In this document: positions 11,406 to 20,679 of the stretch, piece after piece | Position numbering within the stretch: the first letter of the stretch is position 1 | How the letters are laid out: each line of letters begins with the position of its first letter | NCBI GenBank assembly: GCA_965644495.1 | Contig: CBFFSA010000012.1 | Coordinates: 186,001-250,000, forward strand | From: Perkinsela sp. CCAP 1560/9 | Taxonomy: Eukaryota > Protista > Euglenozoa: Kinetoplastea | Reading direction: 5' to 3' | Length of the DNA: 64,000 nucleotides | Notes under the pieces: generated by a model | The model's input: the letters and a program-made list of their open reading frames with translations, nothing else | Told to the model about the DNA's origin: nothing | Databases searched by the model: none | Position numbers and translations under genes: made by a program

Positions 11406-12978
11406 CAGGGGGGGCCACGAAAACTGACAAGGTCCGCATTTTAGCGTCCTGGGGCCGTTTGAGCTGCTTTTTGTTGCAAACGAGAGATCTCGTTCTGAAT
11501 ATCGTGTCTACGCTATTTGGAGCCCGTTTCTGCTAATCAAAAAAAAATGTTTACAAAATATTGAAATTTTGGGCAAAATATTTTGCAAAAAGTATCGAAA
11601 AACGTAAAAAAAAGCTATTTTTTCTTCTTTTTACCTTACTATGGGCCAACGGAATAGACTAAACCGTCGCCAGCTATCACCAGAACAGTGTTCATATCCT
11701 GTGCGCATTGTCTGCGCACACGAAAGACACCGTGGGACATCTATTCCGGATACGGCACGTATGATGAACTGTTCAGAGAGCTCTGTCTCTCTGTACAAAG
11801 CGCGTTTCGATGAGTCAAGTGACGTGGCACGTGCACCCTACTCGCGCGATAACGGCGTTGATACGGAGGAGTTCCGAGCCATGCTCTGTGCTATTGTTGA
11901 TGCTGAGCGAGACACACAATTCGGGTGTCCGGGGTTTAAATGGGTACATAAGAGAGTGGATAAAGTACTTTATCCATGTAGTGTAAAACACCGTGAAACG
12001 GAGTTTGAAAAAGGTGGGATACGTAATTAAGACGATGTCGCACAAGCCTTTTTTAACAGCTGAGCACAAAGCTGCTAGACTACAACTTGCTGATTACTTT
12101 GAGGGATTCAGCCCAGATCAGCTGTCTCGTATTGTGTGGTGCGACGAAAAAATCTTTCGATGCGGATCACACGGTAAAAAAATTACGTACCTTGCAAAAA
12201 TGACTGACCCCCCCAAGGAAACACCAGTACAATTAGATAGGTGGTATGGGGCGAAAGGAGTTCATGTATTCATGGCCACCAGTCTCCGTTGGGAAGTGCC
12301 TGATGCGTGTTTCCATGAGTTCGCACCAAATGAAACTGTTACAAATGAGGTCTTTTTGAATGCAATGAAAAAACGAAATGGGTTTTTCAACTGGATGCAT
12401 CACCGCCCCGGGGCTACAATTGTCCTTGACAACGCGCCAGGGCATGGGGAAGCCAGGAGAATAAGTAAGTTGGAAGACATCAAAATTATTGATTGGCCTT
12501 CGAAATCTCCTGATCTCAATTTGATTGAGAATTTGTGGAGCATGATGGATAAGTCTCCAATCTCCATCTCCGTCCACAGAATCGAAAAGAATTACAAGCG
12601 GCTATTCCAAAGGCCAAGGAATATTTGTTGAACGAATGTCACGAGGCGTATGTGAATACGCTAAAGAGTCTTCCCACGCGCCTCGCTATACTACGTGAGC
12701 GTGGAGGTGGGAATACTGGATATTAAGACTTAGTTTCTGGGTACTTTTTGGGCCGTGGTACGTAAAAATTACGAATTTTAGACCCGTTTTTCAATTTGCA
12801 AAATCTTTAAAATTTCACTTTTGTAACTCATTGGAAATGTTTTCCGGCGAACGTTTTTGTATTTTAAATAGCGTAGACACGATATTCAGAACGAGATCTC
12901 TCGTTTGCAACAAAAATCAGCTCAAACTGCCTCAGGACGCTAAAATGCGGACCCTGTCAGTTTTCGTGCCCCCCCCTG
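11406..12978 (+). mobile_element. Full-length Tc1-like transposon (DD32E spacing), frameshifted
   Basis: ~113-bp TIRs CAGGGGGGGCCACGAAAACTGAC ... GTCAGTTTTCGTGCCCCCCCCTG, TA TSD. Confidence 0.9.
11641..12726 (+). pseudogene. Tc1-like transposase with frameshifts near 11990 and 12560
   Basis: HTH-like N-terminus, KPFLTAEHKAARL, WCDEK, LDNAPGH, SPDLNLIENLW, terminal GGNTGY. Confidence 0.85.
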
Positions 12979-13194
12979 TATTCCTCTTTATTTGTTTTTT
13001 GTTTTTGTTCACGTTTTTTCAATAATCGAAGGTAGACCGGTAGTTAGACAATAACTACAATAATCGCAGTTGCTAATTAGATTACAGCAGATAAAACGGC
13101 CTACTGATAGAATACTTCACTAAAAAAATATAGTTTCCGTTTGTTTAAATCTCGACAGCACTTCTACGTATGACAGGGGTTTATAGTCAGGCTC

Positions 13195-14145
13195 ATGATT
13201 GATGAATCCTCTTCCGCGGAGCACAGTCAAAGCAGTTCCGTTTCATTTGATTCAGCTCCGGAGGTTCATGAAAACGATACGCTTTCCACAACGCGTCGTG
13301 CGGAGCCGAATTTTCTCTCTTCCCCCCATGCAGCCCCGTCAGTCCCCATTATTCTCGACGAAGAACTACAAACCATTCAAAGTTCAACCCATAATATCGA
13401 GACCTCCTTATTCGGCACTAAAAGCGATGTACAGCCTCAGACCCCACCAGCTGACACAACAAACGCACCCTCATCCCTCTTCTCTCCCTTTCCCCTCTCT
13501 GTTTCCGTCCCCTACATGTCGCAAGCCCTCCCTCCCGGGTACGCCTTGTCTCGGGAGGCTCGTGTGGGGATACACAAGATTGCGCAACTGTTTCTTATGA
13601 TGCTCACCTCTACGGCCTCGGAGGCGGTCGTCGACCCGCGGCTCCTGATGACACAGTCCGAGCTCGAAAACCTACCCGAGGATCACTACTTGCCCTCCCG
13701 CCATGTCTTGCAGCGACAAGACATCGAGGCCGCGTTGAAAGCGACTGGATTTGCGGACTGGGTGCCACTGATTCGGTCTAGGCTTTCTGGAGCATCCAGC
13801 CCAAAGGTAAGCACGAAGAGGACAAGCAGTGTTGTATCGGCAAATAAAACGAATCCTCCTGGTTCAGTTGGGTCAACCACTGGAAACGTGAAATCGGTAA
13901 TCACGAAAAAACGCCCACTCTCGGCGTATTTTGTGTTTACCGGCGAAGCACGTCCTTTGCTGATGAAAGAGCATCCAGGATGGAAAGTCTCACAGATCGC
14001 GAAGGAGTTAGGAGCGCGGTGGAGAGCCATGACAGAGGAAGAGAAATTCCCGTACGTGAAAAAAGCCCAGGAACTGCGCGAACAATGTCGAGAAGAGGGT
14101 CAGACTGGTAGCGACGAGGCGAAATCACAAATACAAATTGATTAA
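13195..14145 (+). CDS. Histone-fold (NF-YB/POLE3/CHRAC17-like) plus C-terminal HMG-box protein
   Basis: ALPPGYALSREAR-FLMMLT-DIEAALKATGF histone fold; KKRPLSAYFVF-HPGWKVSQIAKELGARWRAMTEEEKFPY HMG box. Confidence 0.85.
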   Translation: MIDESSSAEHSQSSSVSFDSAPEVHENDTLSTTRRAEPNFLSSPHAAPSVPIILDEELQTIQSSTHNIETSLFGTKSDVQPQTPPADTTNAPSSLFSPFPLSVSVPYMSQALPPGYALSREARVGIHKIAQLFLMMLTSTASEAVVDPRLLMTQSELENLPEDHYLPSRHVLQRQDIEAALKATGFADWVPLIRSRLSGASSPKVSTKRTSSVVSANKTNPPGSVGSTTGNVKSVITKKRPLSAYFVFTGEARPLLMKEHPGWKVSQIAKELGARWRAMTEEEKFPYVKKAQELREQCREEGQTGSDEAKSQIQID

Positions 14146-14301
14146 ATGAAAAAGAAATAAGAACACATGTTTACAATGTTACATGTTGCAAGAAAAATGT
14201 TTCTTTGTCACGAATATACCACATGGTTCCACATTACGCTACCTGCTTACCTACCATGGATTTTTTCCATAAATAATCATCAATTCATACGTACTATTCT
14301 C

Positions 14302-14677
14302 ATGGATACTTCTCGTCCTGCACGAATCAATACTTATAATCTTCCTCCCTAGCTCGTCTTTTCCCGTGCAGTTGAGAATGTTACTCAACCTCATTCATCG
14401 TGGAACTCCGAGACACCTCTTTGTCGGTGGCACGGAATTTGGTGCAATGAGCAAAAAAACGTTGGTCCCGTAGACTGGAGTTCGTATCACCATGGTGGTT
14501 TCTTGAATTATAGATTCCTTCCGAATACTGTAATGGTTATTATGGGCCGGTTCTGTCGCATGCACGGGGAAGTCGATTTTGGTGATTTTCCGATCCACCT
14601 CTGTCGACTTCTTCTGTGGACTAGAGAATGGAACTGTAGACCTCGGCGCGCTTCCGCGAGAATTGAGAACTTTGAAT
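14302..14677 (+). pseudogene. LRR gene, 5' part, interrupted by nested retroelements
   Basis: MDTSRPARI-LPP*-WNSETPLCRWHGIWCN...GTVDLGALPRELRTLN; reading continues at 20490. Confidence 0.8.
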
Positions 14678-15246
14678 AAAGATACAGTTTCTGTACCTTG
14701 TACATTTTGCTAGCCCTTCCTTTCTTTTCCCGGAAACGGGCAAACATTTTCCTTTTAAATGCCCGTTTCCGGCTGACGGCTAGCAGGGACTGTCCCTCTT
14801 TGTCGTGGAAGTAGGGGACGTACTTCCGACTTTTCACCCCTCCCCGGCTCACTCCTTGAGTGAGTTTTCTTCCCTCCCCGGCTTTCTTCTTCTCGCGCCT
14901 GTCTCTTCCCGGGAGCTATGCGCCATGGTGGCCTCCCTTGAGGACCTCCGGGCGTGACTCTGCCTTGCATTATCGCGAGGCAGCGGTCGGTTGCAGTGCG
15001 CCCCTCCGGCTGCGTAAAGAGATGGTGAGTTGCCTGGACCACCTCTACCGACTGGGACCGAGTCGGTTGCAGTACGCCCCTCCGGCTGCGTAAAGAGAGG
15101 GCGAGTTGCCTGGACCCCCTCTACCGACCGAGTCCGTGTCGAACCCCCTTTGGCGACATCCGTTGTGGGCGGATTATGTGCCGATGATATCGGCCGTCGC
15201 AGTAAGGGGATTATCTCTGCGCCAAAGAGCGCATGATAAACAAACA
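14678..15246 (+). mobile_element. SL-headed SINE-like retroelement, copy A
   Basis: Begins AAAGATACAGTTTCTGTACCTTG; flanked by duplicated GAGAACTTTGAAT(A) at 14665 and 15247; internal 76-bp tandem duplication; ends hairpin-TGA-TAAACAAACA. Confidence 0.8.
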
Positions 15247-15330
15247 GAGAACTTTGAATAAAGATACAGTTTCTGTACCTTGTTGAATTATTTTAATTTT
15301 TCTACTTGGTACTAACTGTATGAAACCTCC

Positions 15331-16491
15331 ATGACAACCAGAACCGCCACACAGGAGGAAAATGCAACACCAGGCCTTCCTCAAGGACCCGGCGTTGCGC
15401 GGAAACAGTCTGTGCATTTCATCCAGAGCCGGGCACGACCCGTCAAAATACGCACGATGGATAGTATGCTTTGGAACTACTACCCCGACATAAAGTCCGC
15501 TTGTCTTAGTCACCTCGTGAGACAACGCATCGCTTCACAACAAGGTGCTGAAGCTGCACTTAGTAAGGCCCTCAACGGCAAGGGAACACCACATGATTTG
15601 GTAATAGAGGCAGCTACACTCGAGGAACTAATACATCACCATGCCTGCGACTACATTGAAATTAGCAGAAACTCGCACCCATCGGAAAAGTACTACCACG
15701 CCAGCTGGACTTCCCTATTCAATGACCCCCACCTTAGCATCAGCGACTCGTACTCCAGCCCGAACGCCCTAGGCAAAGCAGTCCTGAAGTCCGTGAGCGG
15801 GGCTAAAGTACCGGGGCTTGAAAAGTTTACCATCAAAATTACCCGAAACACAAACTCCAACACCGAAATTACACCATACCAACCGGCACAAAGAGTAGAG
15901 GGCACACCTTTCAAAATTGCGAAGCCACGTTCTACGAAACCCAACGAACCACAGACCGTGGAACCTCTCAAAGGACCCTGCAGACACAAATGCTCTAGCA
16001 AGCTAACGTGCCTGCACAAGTGTTGCAAAATATTTGGACCTACCCACAATCTAGAACCTGCAAGCACCTCTACCCTTGACACAACGAATTTGAACTCGAC
16101 CACCGGCAGAACGCTAAAATGGGACTTGAGAAGCTCGACTCGCGAACTTGGTCACTCCCCGAAGGCCACAGACATGCCCACTAGAAGTCGGCGAAACCCG
16201 CAGTCAAGAGCAGAGAAAGCGGCAACATCACAGTACAAAGGCCCAGTGAACGACCTGCCCACCCCGAATCCAGTGCCTGACATGATGACGATACAACCTT
16301 TCTGGAAAAGGTCGGAGTGCTGGCAGGATGGGCAACTAGTAGGGTCTCTGAACTCTGTGAAGCTTTCGCAACTGGTAGAAAAGCAGGGGCCCCTGTCAAC
16401 GAGGCAGTACAGAAAAACGAGAGATCGATGCAGTCAGGATACGACCCCACACAGGACCCCGATCGTGACTGGAAGTACCGCAGTACTATGA
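15331..16491 (+). CDS. N-terminal part of the retrotransposon protein (Cys/His finger); probably joined to the next ORF by a frameshift near 16280
   Basis: ATG 45 nt after the SL copy; KGPCRHKCSSKLTCLHKCCKIFGP motif repeated in the next ORF. Confidence 0.65.
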   Translation: MTTRTATQEENATPGLPQGPGVARKQSVHFIQSRARPVKIRTMDSMLWNYYPDIKSACLSHLVRQRIASQQGAEAALSKALNGKGTPHDLVIEAATLEELIHHHACDYIEISRNSHPSEKYYHASWTSLFNDPHLSISDSYSSPNALGKAVLKSVSGAKVPGLEKFTIKITRNTNSNTEITPYQPAQRVEGTPFKIAKPRSTKPNEPQTVEPLKGPCRHKCSSKLTCLHKCCKIFGPTHNLEPASTSTLDTTNLNSTTGRTLKWDLRSSTRELGHSPKATDMPTRSRRNPQSRAEKAATSQYKGPVNDLPTPNPVPDMMTIQPFWKRSECWQDGQLVGSLNSVKLSQLVEKQGPLSTRQYRKTRDRCSQDTTPHRTPIVTGSTAVL

Positions 16492-19400
16492 AGCACTACG
16501 AAGCAAAGCACATATCTAGGAAGAATGACGTCAAAGAAGCCCCCAAAAGCGCGAGTTTACAGCCAGATCAAAGCACGAATCACGCAGCGCGACCCAGTAC
16601 GACTTGTGTTACATTTGGGTACCCAGTCGCGGGGGGAAAAGGACCCTGCAAGCACACATGCCGAGAAAAGCTCTCATGCGCCCACCGATGCTGCAAGATA
16701 TACGGGCCTCTCTCTCAACTGCAATCTTCCACGCATGCAAGAAATACCACGAATATCTCCGGAGAAGCAACGAATCATTTCCCGGCACCGAACCGCGACG
16801 ATCCCTTACACAAGAAAAGGCATGAACTACTTCAACAACACAACGACATTCAAGGTGGGAAACTCTGCGTCAAACTAAACGATGATCAATGGCGTTCAGT
16901 AGAAAAGCGAGCCCTAGGGAGATGCAAGGAGCTCCTACACAAAGACACCACAAACGCGTTCCTAGCAAAGGAGAACGGTGCTATACTCGCCGCGTCTATC
17001 GCTGTATCAACCTTTGAGGTGAGTCAAGAGGTGAATCCCACCAAAGGGTTCGTTCTTCGCACAAAACAAGGACACTCCAAATTTAAATACAGACCTTTAG
17101 CCATAGAAAAAGTGAACCGAGAACTATCCAAGCATATACAACGACTGAAACGATCCCTTAGATTCACCCATGGCACGGAAGCCCGAAATACCTTACGCCG
17201 CCAAATCAAAGAAAACAAGAAGCTAGAAAGAATCTACGCAGACGAGGCCGACGTGCAACGCCGAGCGTTAGAAGGTAGATGGGCGCATGAACGTTTCTCA
17301 AGAAACCCATGGACTGCGGCTGCTGAAGCCATGGACAGACCCAGTGAGGATGAAGTCACAAACACACAATACCCAAGCTGTACAATGCTCGAAATAGAGG
17401 AACATTTCAGTCAAACCCTAACGAAAGAGCGCGACACTCTCCGGCTCCCTAACTTCGATATACTAGGCCCTAGAGCCACCAACGAAATGACGTGGATACC
17501 AGTAACAGCCGAAACAATCGCCAATGCCATCTCAAGCAAACGGGGCTCTAGCTCACCAGGGCAAGATACAATCACAAACGCAGCGCTAAAACGATGCCCA
17601 GCACTATACAGCTCCCTGGCCAAAATGTTTAATGACTTAATAAAATTCGGGACATGCCCCACGTCGTGGTCTCTAGCGATCACGCGTCTTATCCACAAAG
17701 GTGGAGACCCTAAAATACCTAGGAACTGGCGGCCCATAGCACTCACAAGCTGTCTGGGAAAACTTCTTCACAGCATCATAGGACACCAACTCCTGGACCA
17801 TGCTGTAAGCTCAGGAGTCATTGACACGACTATCCAAAAGGGGTTTCTACCACGGATGAATGGAACTCTGGAACACACCCAAACACTGTGTAACCTCCTG
17901 CAACATCATCAGCGCAAGAAGAATCAGTACTGTCTGGCCCAGATCGACCTCAGAAACGCATTCGGTTCGCTTTCCCACGACATCATATTCGAAGCTCTCA
18001 CCTGGGCGCGCGTGTCACCCGAAATCATTGAATACATCAAAGGCATGTATCTCTCAGCCACTACGAGATTCAAATGCGACCAAGGACTAACCAAGGAAAT
18101 CGCAGTGCAACGTGGCGTACTACAAGGTGATACTCTATCCCCAGTGCTCTTCAATATTGCGATGGAGATCGTCCTCCGCTACATGCGTCGCACATGCCCG
18201 TACTATGGCATATCCTACCCCGATACACCAAAGCACTTCCTAAAGGCTTATGTTGATGACCTTACGATAATTACGTCAAGTGATTTCGACATGAACAATG
18301 CAATACAATCACTCTCTATCGTCCTTAGACGCATTGGATTGTCTATCAACGTCGAAAAAAGTAGGGTACAATGTATGGCCATGCGAGCGGGAACGGAACA
18401 TCCAGGATATATGACGAGGCGGCCAAAGATTGAATGTGACGGAGATCCGATTCCCCACATTTGCGACAGAGGTAGTGCCTTCCTGGGAATGACACTGGCC
18501 CCTGGAGCACAACAAGCCAGAGAGCTATATAAAAAGTTGAACGCGAAACTTAAGACTTGGTTACAAAATGTGCACCGAAGCGCACATACGCTACCTGAAA
18601 AACTATGGATCTACCAAAATGTCATGCTCGCTCGCCTACGATATGCTTTCACGGTCCATCCATGCATAACGTTCAACTTTATACTTCGACTCCAGAAGAC
18701 GGCAACCTCCTACATTAGGAAATGGATCAACATGGCCTCTAAAGGTAGCACAGAAGTCCTGTACTCAGATCGCGGTTGGGGCCTAACAGCACTCTCTAAG
18801 CTTTGGTTCGAATGCACTGCCACCGCGATGACTCAAATGAATAAATCCAGAGACATCAATGTCCAAGCAGCGCTACGTTCCCGCATTGAAGAGGAGCAAA
18901 ACAGGCGAGCTAGAGGGCAACTACGACCAGCATGCGAAATCCTCCAACATCTAAACGACGCAAAACGCGCCAAACAAATCATGCGGGAATATTACGAAGC
19001 GAAAATTGTACAAGACCTTCAGAAACGAGCACCGGTCGCAGCCCAATGGTGGACAACACCTTCCGAAACTGAACTTGCGAAGGAGTTTTCCGCCGTACTG
19101 AACAACCTGAACAGCGCGAAGCTAACACGTTTTGCGACCTCGGTTCTACTTACCACTCCTTTACCCTCAAAGTCAAACCTTCGGACATGGGGCCTTCACT
19201 TCTCAAATGCGACATGTGTGGTATGCGGAAAAGAAGCACAGACGGTACGACACGTTATTTCAGGTTGCAAAACATCTCTTGATCAGGGGCGTTATACCCT
19301 CAGACACGACACAGTGCTAGCTGAACTGGCCAAACGCATCCAAGAATCCCCGCATACAAAATACCAGCATTTTGACCTACTAGGTCACCGAAATCCACCA

Positions 19401-19784
19401 CACTGGCTGCACAACAATACAAATCATCAACGCCCAGACGGATTCGTTGCACTGACTGACGGTACAGAATTCATCGTTGAGCTCACTGTCCCCTGGGAAG
19501 AAAACTGTATGCAGGCAAATGAATATAAACGCCTCAAGTACAACGCCCTATTACACGAACGACGAACAGTGCACCCGAACACGTACCTCCTCGTATTCGA
19601 AATTGGAGCACGAGGTGGTCTGGTAGCCTCCTCAGCGGATATTAATCGGTTGTTTGGAGGGGACGAAGATTTGGGGGCTAAATGTCGGGCGTCACTCTCC
19701 CGAGCTGCTATCCGTTCCAGCTTCTTATTATGGCATAAGCGTGATTCCCCGCAATGGAGCGATGCAGAGACACTGTCCGCATAA
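16317..19784 (+). CDS. Reverse transcriptase + CCHC zinc knuckle + restriction-like endonuclease
   Basis: NWRPIAL, QKGF, DLRNAFGS, GVLQGDTLSP, YVDD; CVVC-H-C, RHD, RPD, ELTVPWE, KxxKY, EIGARG. Confidence 0.95.
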   Translation: MLAGWATSRVSELCEAFATGRKAGAPVNEAVQKNERSMQSGYDPTQDPDRDWKYRSTMKHYEAKHISRKNDVKEAPKSASLQPDQSTNHAARPSTTCVTFGYPVAGGKGPCKHTCREKLSCAHRCCKIYGPLSQLQSSTHARNTTNISGEATNHFPAPNRDDPLHKKRHELLQQHNDIQGGKLCVKLNDDQWRSVEKRALGRCKELLHKDTTNAFLAKENGAILAASIAVSTFEVSQEVNPTKGFVLRTKQGHSKFKYRPLAIEKVNRELSKHIQRLKRSLRFTHGTEARNTLRRQIKENKKLERIYADEADVQRRALEGRWAHERFSRNPWTAAAEAMDRPSEDEVTNTQYPSCTMLEIEEHFSQTLTKERDTLRLPNFDILGPRATNEMTWIPVTAETIANAISSKRGSSSPGQDTITNAALKRCPALYSSLAKMFNDLIKFGTCPTSWSLAITRLIHKGGDPKIPRNWRPIALTSCLGKLLHSIIGHQLLDHAVSSGVIDTTIQKGFLPRMNGTLEHTQTLCNLLQHHQRKKNQYCLAQIDLRNAFGSLSHDIIFEALTWARVSPEIIEYIKGMYLSATTRFKCDQGLTKEIAVQRGVLQGDTLSPVLFNIAMEIVLRYMRRTCPYYGISYPDTPKHFLKAYVDDLTIITSSDFDMNNAIQSLSIVLRRIGLSINVEKSRVQCMAMRAGTEHPGYMTRRPKIECDGDPIPHICDRGSAFLGMTLAPGAQQARELYKKLNAKLKTWLQNVHRSAHTLPEKLWIYQNVMLARLRYAFTVHPCITFNFILRLQKTATSYIRKWINMASKGSTEVLYSDRGWGLTALSKLWFECTATAMTQMNKSRDINVQAALRSRIEEEQNRRARGQLRPACEILQHLNDAKRAKQIMREYYEAKIVQDLQKRAPVAAQWWTTPSETELAKEFSAVLNNLNSAKLTRFATSVLLTTPLPSKSNLRTWGLHFSNATCVVCGKEAQTVRHVISGCKTSLDQGRYTLRHDTVLAELAKRIQESPHTKYQHFDLLGHRNPPHWLHNNTNHQRPDGFVALTDGTEFIVELTVPWEENCMQANEYKRLKYNALLHERRTVHPNTYLLVFEIGARGGLVASSADINRLFGGDEDLGAKCRASLSRAAIRSSFLLWHKRDSPQWSDAETLSA

Positions 19785-19865
19785 GGGATGCACCTAACAG
19801 CGTCATATGCGCAAGTTAGTTACATCCTCAAAATACTCTATCTTAAAAGATATGATATCATCATC

Positions 19866-20489
19866 AAGATACAGTTTCTGTACCTTGTTGGTACTTTTTG
19901 CTAGCCCTTCCTTTCTTTTCCCGGAAACGGGCATATTCTTACTTTTAAATGCCCGTTTCCGGCTGACGGCTAGCTGGAACTGTCCCTCTTTGTCGCGGAA
20001 GTAGGGGACGCACTTCGCACTCTTCACCCCTCCCCGGCTCGCTCTCTTCGAGTGAGCTTTCTTCCCTCCCCGGCTCTCTACTTCTCGTGCTTTCTTCTCC
20101 CGGGAGCTATGCGCCATGGTGGCCTCCCTTGAGGACCACTGGGCGTGCTACAGCGGGAGGACACGTTGTATGCGTGTATAGGGGATGCGAACTTGCACCC
20201 CTCTCTCCCTACATGCTGTAGCGAGTGCGGCGGTAACGGACCTCCCCATGATGCATCATGATCCACGATAGACCATCTGACAGCATGAACCCACGGCTTG
20301 ACCGTGTTGCAGCATGAACCATGGCTATACGTGCTGTAGCATGACCGATGGGCGACTCGTCTCCTACCTCGCACTCCACTCTCTGTGTGACACCCGTCGT
20401 ATGCGGGTCATGCGCCGATGGTATCGGCCGTCACACAGAGAGACGTATCTCTGCGCCACGAGCGTATGATATCATATATCATATCATAT
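19866..20489 (+). mobile_element. SL-headed SINE-like retroelement, copy B (host of the LINE insertion)
   Basis: SL core followed by GTAC, same 5' structured region as copy A, different middle, conserved 3' end, ATC/AT-rich tail. Confidence 0.8.
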
Positions 20490-20550
20490 ATTTCTGAAAA
20501 TGAATTTACTGGAGAACTTTCATTGAGCGGTCGACCTGTAGCAATTACAG
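20490..20550 (+). pseudogene. LRR gene, 3' continuation after the insertion
   Basis: ISENEFTGELSLSG completes the LRR unit LRTLN|ISENEFTG from 14677. Confidence 0.75.
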
Positions 20551-20679
20551 GTGGGGGAGGACAGTATCCATCCAATCTCTGCTTCAGTGGCAAGAGAGTC
20601 GCTTGACTTTCATAAGGCTCCGCAAAATAACACGCAAAGAAAACATGCAGACGTGAAAACACGTGTCTACGTACAACAT

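Larger units (their letters stand above)
15286..19865 (+). mobile_element. RLE-type non-LTR retrotransposon (HERO/NeSL-like) inserted in an SL-exon sequence
   Basis: Exact 25-bp direct repeat AAGATACAGTTTCTGTACCTTGTTG at 15261-15285 and 19866-19890; (ATC)n tail. Confidence 0.9.

Noticed and set aside
14678-20489. Canonical tandem SL RNA gene array
   Set aside because: Sequence upstream of the SL core is LRR coding DNA, the SL 5' end is absent, middles differ between copies, and TSDs and tails point to retroposition
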